Assembly (NCBI GenBank): GCA_013265495.1
Contig: MU058463.1
Location: 2,193,523 to 2,257,522, forward strand
Length of the DNA: 64,000 bases
Direction of reading: 5' to 3'
Source of the DNA: Vicugna vicugna
Taxonomy: Eukaryota
Positions 1 to 12,134 of this stretch are shown piece by piece (position 1 is the first letter of the stretch; each line of letters begins with the position of its first letter). Both the position numbers and the translations under genes were made by a program. The notes beneath the pieces were generated by a model, which was not told the DNA's origin, made no database searches, and worked only from the letters and a program-made list of their open reading frames with translations.

Positions 1-229
1 CAGAGTTTGCACGTAAACTGTGGTCCTCTTAACGATGGTACAGTTTCTTCAGATTCTGTTCTATGTAAAATAAACTGGTTCAAGGATTTCAATGGAGGAC
101 TCTTCTAGGAAGATGGAGTAGACGTACATTTTCTATTCCTCCTACTAATTACAACTGAAAACTCTGCTTTCTCTGTACATGCATCAAAATTTCACTACAA
201 ATTTCAAAAAGTTGTTTCCATTTCATTCA

Positions 230-3005
230 AATTTTTTTTAATTTGTACCTACATTTATTGATGTATAGTCGATTTACAATGTTGCATTAGTTTCTGATGT
301 ATAGCAGTGATTCAGTTATATGTATATATTCTTTTTCATATTTTTTAACATTTTTTATTGAGTTACAGGCATTTTACAATGTTGTGTCACATTCCAGTGT
401 AGTGCACAATTTTTCACTTATACATGAACATGCATATATTCATTGTCACATTTTTTTTTTGCTGTGAGCTACCACAAGATCTTGTATATATTTTCCTGTG
501 CTATACAGTATAATCTTGTTTATCTATTCTGCATTTTGAACTCCCAGTCTGTCCCTTCCCACCCTCGCCCCCTTGGCAACCACAAGTCTGTATTCTATGT
601 CTATGAGTCTGTTTCTGTTATGTATTTATTTTTTGTTTGTTTGTTTTTTTCAGATTCCACATATGAGTGATCTCATATGGTATTTTTCTTTCTCTTTCTG
701 GCTTAATTCACTTAGAATGACATTCTCCAGGAACATCCATGTTGCTGCAAATGGCGTTATGTTGTCAGTTTTTATGGCTGAATAGTATTCCATTGTATAA
801 ATATACCACCTCTTCTTTATCCAGTCATCTGTTGATGGACATTTAGGCTGTTTCCATGACTTGGCTATTGTAAATAGTGCTGCTATGAACATTGGGGTGC
901 AGGTGTCATTTTGAAGTAGGGTTCCTTCTGGATATATGTCCAGAAGCGGGATTCCTGGATCACATGGTAAGTCTATTCCTAGTCTTTTGAGGAATCTCCA
1001 CACTGTTTTCCACACCAGAAGAGTAGGCTCCCTTTTCTCCACAGCCTCTCCAGCATTTGTCATTTGTGGACTTTTGAATGATGGCCATTCTGACTGGTGT
1101 GAGGTGATACCTCATTGTAGTTTTGATTTGCATTTCTCAGATAGTTAGTGATATTGAGCATTTTTCCATGTGCATATTGATCATTTGTATGTCTTCCTTG
1201 GAGAATTGCTTGTTTAGGTCTTCTGCCCGTTTTTGGATTGGGTTGTTTGTTTTTTTCTTATTAAGTCGTATGAGCTGCTTATATATTCTGGAGATCAATA
1301 CTTTGTCGGTTTTATTTGCAAAAATTTTCTCCCATTCCGTAGGTTGTCATTTATTTTTTACTTATGGTTTCCTTTGCTGTGCAGAAGCTTGTAAGTTTCA
1401 TTAGGTCCCATTTGTTTATTCTTGCTTTTATTTCTATTGCTTGGGTAGACTGCCCTAGGAGAGCGTTTTTGAGATGAATGTCAGATAATGTTTTGTCTAT
1501 ATTTTCTTCTAGGAGGTTTATTGTATCTTGTCTTATGTTTAAGTCTTTGATCCATTTTGAGTTGATTTTTGTGTATGGTGTAAGGGAGTGTTCTAGCTTC
1601 ATTGATTTACATCTGCTGTCCAGTTTTCCCAACACCATTTGCTGAAGAGGCTGTCTTTATTCCATTGTATGTTCTTGCCTCCTTTGTCAAAGATTAGTTG
1701 ACCAAAAATTTGTGGGTTCATTTCTGGGCTCTCTATTCTGTTCCATTGGTCTATATATCTGTTTTTGTACCAATACCATGCTGTTTTGATTACTGTAGCT
1801 CTGTAGTATTGTCTGAAGTCTGGGAGAGTTATTCCTCCAGCCTCTTTCTTTTTCTTCAGTAATGCTTTGGCAATTCTAGGTCTTTGATGGTTCCATATAA
1901 ATTTTATTATGATTATTTCTAGTTCTGTGAAATATGTGCTGGGTAATTTGATAGGGATTGCTTTAAATCTGTAGATTGCCTTGGGCAGTGTGACCACTTT
2001 AACAATATAGATTCTTTCAATCCAGGAGCATGGGATATCTTTCCACTTTTTTAAGTCTTCTTAAATTTCCTTAATCAGTGTTTTTTTGTAGTTTTTCATG
2101 TATAAGTCTTTCATCTCCTTGGTTAGATTTATTCCTAGGTATTTTATTACTTTGGGTGCTATTTTAAAGGGAATTATTTCTTTCTTTTTCTGTTGATTCA
2201 TTGTCAGTGTAAAGAAATGCAACTGATTTTTGAACGTTAATCTTGTAACCTGCTACCTTGCTGAATTCTTCGATTATTTCTAGTAGTTTTTGTGTGGACC
2301 TTTTAGGGTTTTCTATATACAGCATCGTGTCATTTGCATATAGTGACACTTTTACCCCTTCTTTTTCAATTTGGGTTCCTTTTATTTCTCTCTCTTGCCT
2401 GATTGCTGTGGCTAGAACTTCCAAGACTGTGTTGAATCATATTCTTTTTATTATAGGTTATTACAAGCTATTGAATATAATTCCCTGTGCTATACAGTAG
2501 GACCCTGTTGTTTATCTATTGTGTATATAACAGTTAGTATCTGCAAATCTCAAACTCCCAATTTATCCCTCCTTACCCTCCTTCTTCCCTAGTAACCATG
2601 AGTTTTTCTGTCTGTGAGTCTGTTTGTTTTGTAGATAAGTTCATTTGTGTCATATTTTAGATTCCACATATAAGTGGTATCATATGATATTTGCCTTTCT
2701 CGGACTTACTTCACTTAGTATGACAATCTCTAGGTCCATTTATGTTGCTGCAAATGGCATTATTTCATTCGTTTTTATTGCCGAGTAGTATTCCATTGTG
2801 TATATATTATGTACCACAACTTCTTTATCCAGTCATCTGTCAAGGGACATTTAAGTTGTTTCTATGTTTGGCTACTGTAAATAGTGCTGCTGTGAACATT
2901 GGGGTACATTTGTCTTTTCAAATTAGAATTTTCTCCAGATATATGCCCAGGAGTGGTATTGCTGGATCATTGGGTAACTCTATTTTTAGTTTTTTAAGGA
3001 AATTC
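230..3005 (-). mobile_element. Older L1 3' end interrupted by the young L1 (pieces ~230-340 and ~2438-3005)
   Basis: The L1 3' UTR resumes at 2438 (catattctttttattatagg..) and continues into the ORF2 C-terminal region. Short TCATATT duplication at both junctions. Confidence 0.8.
341..2437 (-). mobile_element. Young 5'-truncated LINE-1 (ORF2 C-terminal half and 3' UTR), frameshifted
   Basis: Minus-strand ORF fragments resemble L1 ORF2 ([69 protein letters not shown]). Poly(A) end at ~341. Confidence 0.95.
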
Positions 3006-3009
3006 AAAT

Positions 3010-3365
3010 TATTTTAAAATTTCTCTTAAGCTTTCTTCTTTGACCCATGTGCTATTCAGACATGTGTTGTTTAATCTTCACATATTTTAGGATTTTCTGG
3101 TTATCTTTCTGTTTCTGATTTCTGGTTTAATTCCATCATGGTATGAGAACAAGCATGGTATGATTTTTATTCTTTTAAATTTTGAAGGTGTACCTCGTGG
3201 CCCAGAATGTGGTCTGTCTTGCTGAACGTTCCGTGTGAGCTTGAAAAGAGTGTGTGTTCTACTGTTGTGGGTGAAGTCGTCTATAGATGTCCATCATACC
3301 CAGTTGATTGATGGTGTCATTGAGTTGGGTATGTCATTACTGAGTTTCTGCCTGCTGGATCTGTC
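3010..3365 (-). mobile_element. Old L1 fragment (ORF2 endonuclease region)
   Basis: Degenerate L1 motifs (gtggcccagaatgtggtct, gagcttgaaaagagtgtgtgttct). Confidence 0.6.
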
Positions 3366-4651
3366 CCCAAATCCTCCCCTCAAAGATTTCAAACATAAGA
3401 TTTCAGACACCTTGCATTTGAGTCCTGTATAATGAAGATAACTAAGGGGACACCTAGTCAGCAGCAGACCTAGTGGGATGTGCATTGTGAGTCTCTGAGG
3501 GGCTCCTAAACCAGGCAGAACAGAGCAAATGTTCTCTCCCCAGGTGGCACTGGACCGGGGCTGGCTTCCCCGGGCCAGGGCAGAGCAGAGCATCTCTGGG
3601 GAAGAGAGCACAACTGGACTCCTGTGAGCCGCTGGCTCCCCAGAGGGAGAGGAGAAGCGGAGCAGAGCACACCCAGGTGTTTACATTTCAGACTCACGCA
3701 TCAAATAAAGTGCTCCCCTGGGGAAGCACTCATAAAGAAGCGGCAGGGTAAGGCTTTAGTCTAGTTACATTCCCTCCACATGGAAGAAACATCAAAAGTA
3801 GTGGAGGAACTGCCCCCGCCCCACCTTCCAAGAGTACACTAACTCTTCCAAAAAAAAAAAAATCCAAAAATAGTTCCCAGACATGTAAGATATTAGCATT
3901 ATTGGAGACATTTTATTAGAATCTGAAGACCCAGAGATTTGCCAAATGTTGATGAACGGCTAAAGTTAATACACAGGCTGAAGCTTATAGTACATGTAAT
4001 TTCTCTTCTAGAAAATCTTCTATTTGGCCTCCACTCTTGACTTCAGACAATGATAAACTAGGTTTATGTTAGCAAAGAAATGGTGACAGATGGAGGATGG
4101 GGGAGAGGAAGAAAAGGCAGGAAGTAAGGGAGGTGGGAACAAAGAGGAGAAAGGAAGGGAAGAGGTCATCACTGTTAACAGGTAGGTGTGAACAGCCCCA
4201 GACTTTTTCTACGTGGGGTTGAGAGAGTGGTCAGTTTCTGAATCTGGACCCTAAACAGGCAAGAGGTGTTTATCTCTGTGGGGCTTCTTTACGTTTTCTT
4301 TCTTCGACTCTTCTCTGAGTAAAAATTATTTTTTTCTGGGGAAGAGAATTTAGGATGGGGAAGTATGTCTTTCTAACTAACATTAAGGGAGAGCGTGAAG
4401 CAGCACCCAAAGCCGCAGTGGTCACTGCAGGTACCTGGCAGGGAGGCGTCTGTGTGAGGCTTGCCCGGTTTGGATCTGCAAATGTCAGATCCTGGAGCTC
4501 AGGGTCACTGATGCTGCACTAGACCCGAGGGCAGGACCCAGGGCAGGTGGGAGTGGAGATCGTGGGTGTCCTTCGGGCCCATATGAGCAGCAGGGTCCTT
4601 ACCTAGACCCCTCCTTGGCACAAAAGACAAATCAGGCTTAGTTTCATTTCT

Positions 4652-4897
4652 TTTTTTTTTTTTAACATTTTTTATTGATTTATAATCATTTTACAATGTT
4701 GTGTCAAATTCCAGTGTAGAGCACAATTTTTCAGTTATATATGAATATATATATATATTCATTGTCACATTTTTTTCTCTGTGAGCTACCACAAGATCTT
4801 GTGTATATTTGCCTGTGCTATATAGTATAATCTTGTTTATCTATTCTACAATTTTGAAATCCCGTCTATCCCTTCCCACCCTCCACCCCCTTGGCAA
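4652..4897 (-). mobile_element. Young L1 3' UTR fragment with TSD
   Basis: Highly similar to 341-580, with a poly(T) head. TSD ttagtttcatttct (4638-4651) / ttagttttatttct (4901-4914). Confidence 0.9.
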
Positions 4898-7800
4898 AGT
4901 TTAGTTTTATTTCTAAAAATAAAAACCAAGATCATGCATTTAGGAGGTGGATTGTTGTAAAAGTGAAGGCCCATTTCAGCTGGTCATTCCCATTTGTTGT
5001 TTTACCAACAGACATTTGAAAATGGCACCTGCTTCCCTTGGCAAAGTTGTGTCAATGGACAGGGTGGGTAGCCCTGAATGACTGCTGAGGTAGTGGTTGA
5101 ACTGGGGCTGTTAACATTTTCACTAATCCCACCTCTCAAAGTATTTGTTGGGAAATTAGTCACTCTGTGGGGCCCCCAACTGAAGAATGAAGAGAAGGAA
5201 GGGGTAGAGTGAAGAAGATATAAACCCTCTGCTTTCACACGGCTGCTGCAGTGACTTGATTGGCAGTAAACCAGGTGCGAGGAGCTTGGATGGTCAGGAA
5301 CCCCCATGGGTGGGTAAGACTTGTGACTTCTTTTCCATGTTGGTGGCTTCTGATGGCCTGAGCAGCTCTCCTGTCCATTCTGGAGAAATGGATAGTTACA
5401 CTGCGTATCAGTTTGGATTGCTCTTAAATTGGTAGTAACGAACTTGACAAATAACTAAGCAAATAGGAATTTATTTTCCTCATTGAGGACGAAGTTGGAA
5501 GATAGGTGGTTCCAGGGCTGGTGCAATCCTTTGTGATGTCAGGGAACCTCAAGGCTCCTCCTTCTTTACCACTCTTCAAACTAAGTCTGTTGTCTGTTGC
5601 CTCAATGGCACAAGATAGCTGCTTAAGTTCCAGATGTCACACTTCAGTGCAAGACAGGAAAAACTGGGAAAGAGGAAAGAAGGGACTTTAAATATTTGTT
5701 GGTTTATCCAGAGAACCCTGGGACACAATTTTGATCCTGAAGCAAGGAAAACTGATTTTAAACCCAGAATCATTTTGGCCTAAAGCTACTCAGGCTGGGT
5801 ATTCTTGACAACCCTGGACCCTTTCCACCTAACAACCTGTTTCCAGAGAATTTCTCACCAAAACAGAGCTGGATGAGATCATAAGGTGGGACATATAAAT
5901 GCTGCAAATGTCAGATCCTGGAACAGCCCAGCTCCCAAAGGCCTTGCAGCACAAGTCACTGTTCATCTAGAGATTTAAGGATCAAGGAAATAAACCTTGG
6001 TTTCTCAGGAGAATAAAAGGATGTTTGCAGGAAGAAACAGTACTCTCCCCAAATGCTGCTCCTGGAGGACAGAGGCAAAGGCACACCCGCTCTGACATTG
6101 CTCCTGGGGTCATCTCGCCTTTATGACACCAGGAGTCATGCTAACATCAGAGCCCAGGGTCATCCTAGTAAAAGGTGCATGTGGAAGAAGTCCGTGAGAG
6201 TCTATAATAAATAGTTAACAGGAGTTACTGAGGGAGGGAGCGGGAGCTGGGAGATACGTGAAAAGGAGATACCACAATTTACACTTCTTGTACCGGCGTA
6301 TTTGGAGAAACAGGTGCTTACACCACTTCTGACTTCTGAAGTTAGTGATCCGCGCAGCGGGACAGTGAGTGGTTCGCAATGACAGGTGGAAAATCTCGGG
6401 CTGGATTTCCAAAGGTGCTAACCACGCGCTAGGCACCCAGACTCTGAGGTTGCCCTGGGCGTGGCTCCTGCCCTCCAGAGGAAGTGATGAAGCAGGAATG
6501 CAAATTCCTCTGACACAGAGTAGAAAGTGGTTGAATAATAAAGAGGTTCCGAAGAAATACCATGAGAACTGGAAAGAGACTTCCTTCTGAGGAGGAGGAT
6601 CAAGGGAGGCAGGGTCTCATGAAAGAGATGACAAAACATGAAATGTCTATAAAATGTTTAAACACTCTTACACACTTTCTTTTTTTCTCCCGAGATCAGT
6701 TCCTTTGTCACGTCTGGAGTGAAGGGTGCCCTGCTTCTCCCAGAGATCAACTGCCCAGACCCATGGTGTCTGTGCTACCTCACATCAGCACCTTTTCCTG
6801 TTTATCAATCAGCCTCCATTAGACTCTTGAGTTACGGTCAGAGCATGTCACATGTCCAGGTGGACACAGCCTGGCACTGGCAGCCATCCCCTCCATCCCT
6901 TCATTCAGTTTGTCAAGCTCTGTGCTAGGGGTTGAGGGGGCAAGCAAAGCTGAGTAAGTTAAAATATCTACCATCGAGGAGAGAAACACAGAAATAAGTA
7001 GTGACAGTGCAGTGGCAGAAGCGCCTTGACAGGAACAGTGCACGGGGCTGATAGAACCAACCGAGGACCAGAGTCAGGGTGGGAGGAGAGAGAAAGAAAG
7101 GCTTCCCCAGAGAGGTAGTATTTCAGCTCTTTTTGAAGAAGGTGGACAGAGGAATATGATTAGGAGATGGATTTTATGTGGCAGAAACAGCATCTCAAAA
7201 AATATGACTCCAATTATGATCAGGGTAGAGTCTAGGGGATTTAACTCCCATCTATGTGTTTCCCTTTCAAAGTCATAGACATTTTTTAAAAATCCAACAT
7301 TAAGAACCCATCATTGTAAGAGAAAGCTGGCGAAGTAATTTATCCTAGAATCAGAAATAACCGGCCCACCAACCTATTTTCTGATCACCTCCCACTGGGT
7401 ATTTCAGTGCACTGGCTCCCTGAGCAAAAGCAGTGAGTCACCAGTTACAAAGTAACATCATCTCACCAACCCACAGTGAGACTGAGGGACTGGCCTGAGG
7501 GGCTTCCGAGCTGCAGGCTGGAGATGTGTGTGTGAGCTCCCCCCACCCCCCCGCCCCACCAGCTGGAGTACTGTATTGTTTGGCAAACAGGCAACTCCCT
7601 TCCCCTCTTTGCGTGATTGTGCCCCTTAAAATCAATTGTCATCTAAACAATTTTTGCTTTAATTCCAGTTGGCACAGAGAAGATGTAAGAAGCCAACATC
7701 AGGTCAACATGATCTACTATAATCACCCTTTTCACAGGGACTGGCAGATTAAACGCCCACATCAGGCAAGGGCTTACTGCAAGTCCTGGAGACATCTGCT

Positions 7801-8994
7801 CACACTGACAGGCAGTCTTGTCCGCAAACACGCTGAGCAGAGATGTAATAATGGCCACCTTTTCCTTTCGCATAAATCTCACTAATCCTCAGGTACACAA
7901 TGTGCTTCCCGACAAGCAGGTGAGGAAACTGAGGCATTGGTTAAGCAAACTGCCTGAGCTCGCGGCAGAGTTGATATTTTAGTCCAGGGTTACTCTGGCT
8001 CCAAAACCCAATCTTTCTTTCACACAAAGCTGCCTCTCTTAGTCAGCCCTAGGCTCCTCAAGGATAGAGAAGGGAAGATCCTAGTGGAGAAAAATGTTAA
8101 CCTTTTTTGAGGCAAGAAAAATCAACTATATGGTAGTTAATCCAGTTCGGCTTCCTTTACAGGATTATGGAGAAAGTAACTGCCTTCTCAGCACCAACAA
8201 TTCTATTCTGTCCTAACGCTCCTCCTGCCCTGCAGAGACAGCCCTGCAGAGGGTGCCACGTTGTGTGCATAAAGGCAGGAAAACCGGAGGGCTCTCAGTC
8301 AGAGGTCTTAAGGCAAGAACTCCAGAAACGCTCATTAACCCTTTAGGATCTACTTATTTGTGCCTTTTCCTTTTCCTGCAAGAAGTCTGACGGATGTGTT
8401 GATCCTAACACTTGTAACTTTCTAGCAAGTGTACACAAGGAGCTAGATACAGAGGGAAACAGGTAAGACAGGAATCAGCAGTACTAGACCCAAACCCCAC
8501 GACTTCAAGCTGTGGGAGGGAAACGTGCGGGCATGGGGCAGATGTGTTGCACGGGAACCTCTGAAAATTGAGGCTGGAATGTTAATTTTTTTCCAAACTC
8601 CCAGTTGATTATAATGCACCGTATTGAATAATAATCATAGCTCTAGAAAGCTGTTCGAAGAATTCATTCAATCAGGAATTCGTCCCTGGAGATCTCATAG
8701 CCTTAGGAAATGTCAGACTCGGCTGTCTCCTAAAAGCTTGTTAACTCTCTCAGCTGAAGATGAGGGTTTCAGCAAGTTACTTTTTTTCTGGGTCTTTCTC
8801 ATATTTACATGTTGTTAAACTTTTGATTTTCTCCTATTTGAAAAGGGTTCGTAACTCTCAGTGAACTGATGCTACACGTTTCCCATAGTCTTCTCATCAT
8901 TTAAAAAATCTGGATTCAGGAAGTGGTATTTCACACTCTATCACCACCTGTTACATTAGGATGAGTGGTCACCAATGCCTGCTAGCAATTAAGA

Positions 8995-9195
8995 GTTAGC
9001 CACTATATATAAAAATAGATTTAAAAAAAACTAAATTTCTTCTGTATAACACAGGGAACTATATTCAATCTGGTAATAACCTTTAATGAAAAATAAGAAA
9101 ATGAATATACGTATATATATATGCAGGACTGGGACATTGTGCTGTACACCAGAAATTGACACATGGTAACAGACTATACTTCAATTGAAAAAAAG
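8995..9195 (+). mobile_element. L1 3' UTR fragment
   Basis: Shares tgtgctgtacaccagaaattgacaca..gactatacttcaat and the A tail with other copies. Confidence 0.8.
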
Positions 9196-10339
9196 AAAGT
9201 CTTAAGGTCTTATCTCTGAATGAATAAAATGGGAATTAAAATTTTAGAGCCCAAATGCCAGTTTGCAGTCAAACCAAATCACTACACAGGAATTCAGATG
9301 GCTGAGAAAGTAAATTTGATGGAAAATAATATATTTCCATGCTAGGAATTTATGTACAAGTACTGTTCTTGTACCTCTGAAGAGCTGATTCTTTCCAACA
9401 AGGTTATTTGTTACTTCTCACATTCTAGGGCAGAGGCTGCCCTCCAGATTTCTTGTGAGCTTGGAGCAAACTTTTATTTTACTTGCTGATCTCGCTGTGC
9501 TTCTGGTAAAGCTAAAAGAAGACAAACAACTATGTTGGAAGGCAGGACAGTCTCTGCCTCTTCTCCTTGTGGCACTAAAGATAAAGCATTGATTTAATTA
9601 AAATACAAAAGGAGTAGCTAATTAAAAAAAAAAAAAGGATAAAGTGGGTTGGTTTGTTTTGTTTGCAAGCTTGAGAGATAGGAAAACCTCCAAAATTTTG
9701 TAAACCAGAAGTGTGTGATTTGGGCTTGCTATGACCTCAGCTGGTAAAGGAGCAATAACTCTATTTCTTTCCTGTTTAGCTACTAGATTTTTTTTTTTAA
9801 ATGGTTTCCATGAAAATAAGTGGGTTCTTTAGAAGTAGGTTGCTCAATCTCTCAAAAAAACAAAAAAAAAAAAAGAAGAAAGAAAAGAATGTTAAGTTGA
9901 AGACATCAAGAAAGAAAAGTTAAAACAGACAAATTGAGTTCAAACTAAACACTTTCCTTCTAACTTCTATGAAGCATGGAATGAGCTTTTTCTTTTTTTT
10001 CTAAATAACTTTAGGGAAGGTTGCATTTTAGGTCTATGTCCCAAAGAATACATGCCCATAAGCAGGTCTGATCTATGGTGACCACTGAATCTTCTGCGAA
10101 ATAGAAATGAGGGTAAACTATCTTCATAAAGCTGATTTTGCATTTATTAAAATTAAACTGCAGTCTATCTCCTAACATACAAATTACTGTGACAATGATG
10201 TTCCACCCCCACCCTGATTCCATGCCAGTTGTTCTTATGTCATATAAGTTCTATCACATAAACATTTTGTGAGGAGGTGGTGATAATATATTGTAAATCA
10301 AACTGATTTTCAAAAGGACGACAGGTTCACATTTCCACA

Positions 10340-10355
10340 TTTATTGAACTTTATT
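10340..10355 (-). terminator. Tandem AATAAA polyadenylation signals (distal NDFIP2 poly(A) site)
   Basis: Plus-strand tttatt at 10340-10345 and 10350-10355. The downstream mRNA-sense sequence is GU/U-rich (CCTGTCGTCCTTTTG). Confidence 0.75.
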
Positions 10356-10745
10356 AACAAGTAAAACACATTAGCATGTTTCATATACGGGCAAGGACAT
10401 TCAATAGTAAATGGCACATTATCATCTAACAGTTGAACTTTATCAAGAATGAGATTTTTAAAAATAATACACTAATACTTTATGACTATTTGAAAAACTT
10501 AAATAACAATTAAAATAACTTTTAACAGCAGTTTAAAAATATAAAGGCTCATTGTTTACTGTTTACTATAAGCTGCAATCATTCCAATACAGCCTCTATT
10601 AAAAAAAAAAGATACATATATGTGTGTCCTACAGGAGGGGCTGTGACTGTGACACCAGTAACTGGCTTCTGCCCAAACGCTGCAGTTCTTCTCTCAAAGG
10701 GCAGAGGGTTTAGGCAGTCACTGCTCAGTAGTGTGCAGTTATATG

Positions 10746-10868
10746 CAGGGTGATCATATAATTTCTGCTCTAAACTAGGACACTTACGAGAAAGGAGGCA
10801 CTATTTAAGCTGAGAAAATAGGAATACCCAGATCTGTCCTGAGCAAACTCAGGACATGTGTCACTCTA
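10746..10868 (+). mobile_element. MER81-like hAT (Blackjack) MITE inside the NDFIP2 3' UTR
   Basis: Ends cagggtgatcatataattt.. / ..catgtgtcactcta resemble the MER81 TIRs. Degenerate 8-bp TSD gttatatg / gttaaata. Confidence 0.65.
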
Positions 10869-12128
10869 GTTAAATACAGTATCAGATGCACTGTCATTAC
10901 CTTTGTGCTTTAGGGGACAGACCAGTTGGAAAAAAAAAATGTTAAATTAAGAAACCCTGAATTTTTCTCCAGTTGGACTTTCTGAACTCCACTTTCCTTT
11001 TTATAGAAGTTTTGCTGGAAATGTTAGCGATTATTGTCTTAGGTTATAATTTATGAACTTCAAAGGAATGGGATATAGCTTATAGATTCAAAATACAAGA
11101 CCAGAGATTGGTATTTTTTCTATTAAAAAGACATTTTCATTTTAACCAAGTAAAGGAGAACGTCTTTTAAGTTTCTAAAAATCCCAAACACACTATATAG
11201 AAAATGTATTTTTACCTTAAATTCAGCTTATTTCATAAAAACACAAAAATGGATTATTCTGGCCATCACTAGCTTATTCAAATATGGTAGAAATAATTTA
11301 ATACATTTTTGCATTAACTTCCAAGCCCCAAGTTCACATTCATTCAGAAGTTGTTTAGACACCCTAACAAGGATTCTGATTTTCCATCTATAAGGCAGAG
11401 TGCAGAGGCGGTTAAGTGTCTCTAAAACCCGACAGCAGCTCTTCTGTGCAAGCTCACGGGAAATGAGGGGGCGCATGCAGCACGTGACAAACCCAGAAGG
11501 GAATGTTCACTTTTTAAAAATAATATTCTGACTCTCCTGATTGGATGAAGAGACTTTAGACTACAAATGAATTATATCAGTAACAGAGAATTAGGTAACA
11601 CGTACACTTGAATCTTACAGGTTTGGGGGAAAAAAATCAAAACAAGGAGTGAAGTTTTGACATTGGGTCAACATCTACATGCCAAAACCAAGTAAGTATA
11701 AACACCACAAAAACAAAAAAAGTTTTATGATAGATGATCTAGTAGTTTTAAATAACCATGTATCATAGCTTAATTTGATTTAAAAATTATTACAAAGAGC
11801 AAAGTATAGGTCTATGGGAAATTAATCTGCAATAAAGAGATTAGCACAAGTTTACATTTGTAATAAGTAAATTCTACTTTTAATTAATTTCCAAATCAGG
11901 CAACTAAATTAAATATTTTATTTTCTTTACCCCAGGCTACTATTTTACTTTAAGGGGTGTAGCATAGCTACTTCAATCAACAATTGAAATTCTATGCAGG
12001 GGAGAATGAATGAGGGAAAACAAAAAATAGGAGGCTCGGTTAGCAAAACAAAACTGCATGGTTTATTTATCAAAAACAATAAAATAAGAGAATACAGAGA
12101 AATACAAAAGTTATAAAGCATAATAAAT

Positions 12129-12134
12129 TTTATT
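12129..12134 (-). terminator. Candidate proximal AATAAA polyadenylation signal
   Basis: AATAAA followed on the mRNA strand by a strongly U/GU-rich tract (CTTTTGTATTTCTCTGTATTCTCTTATTTTATTGTTTTTG). Confidence 0.5.

Noticed and set aside
650..2424. Reverse-transcriptase-like ORFs as a novel retro-system
   Set aside because: They are ordinary fragmented L1 ORF2 sequence, and the YADD motif has degenerated to YAND.
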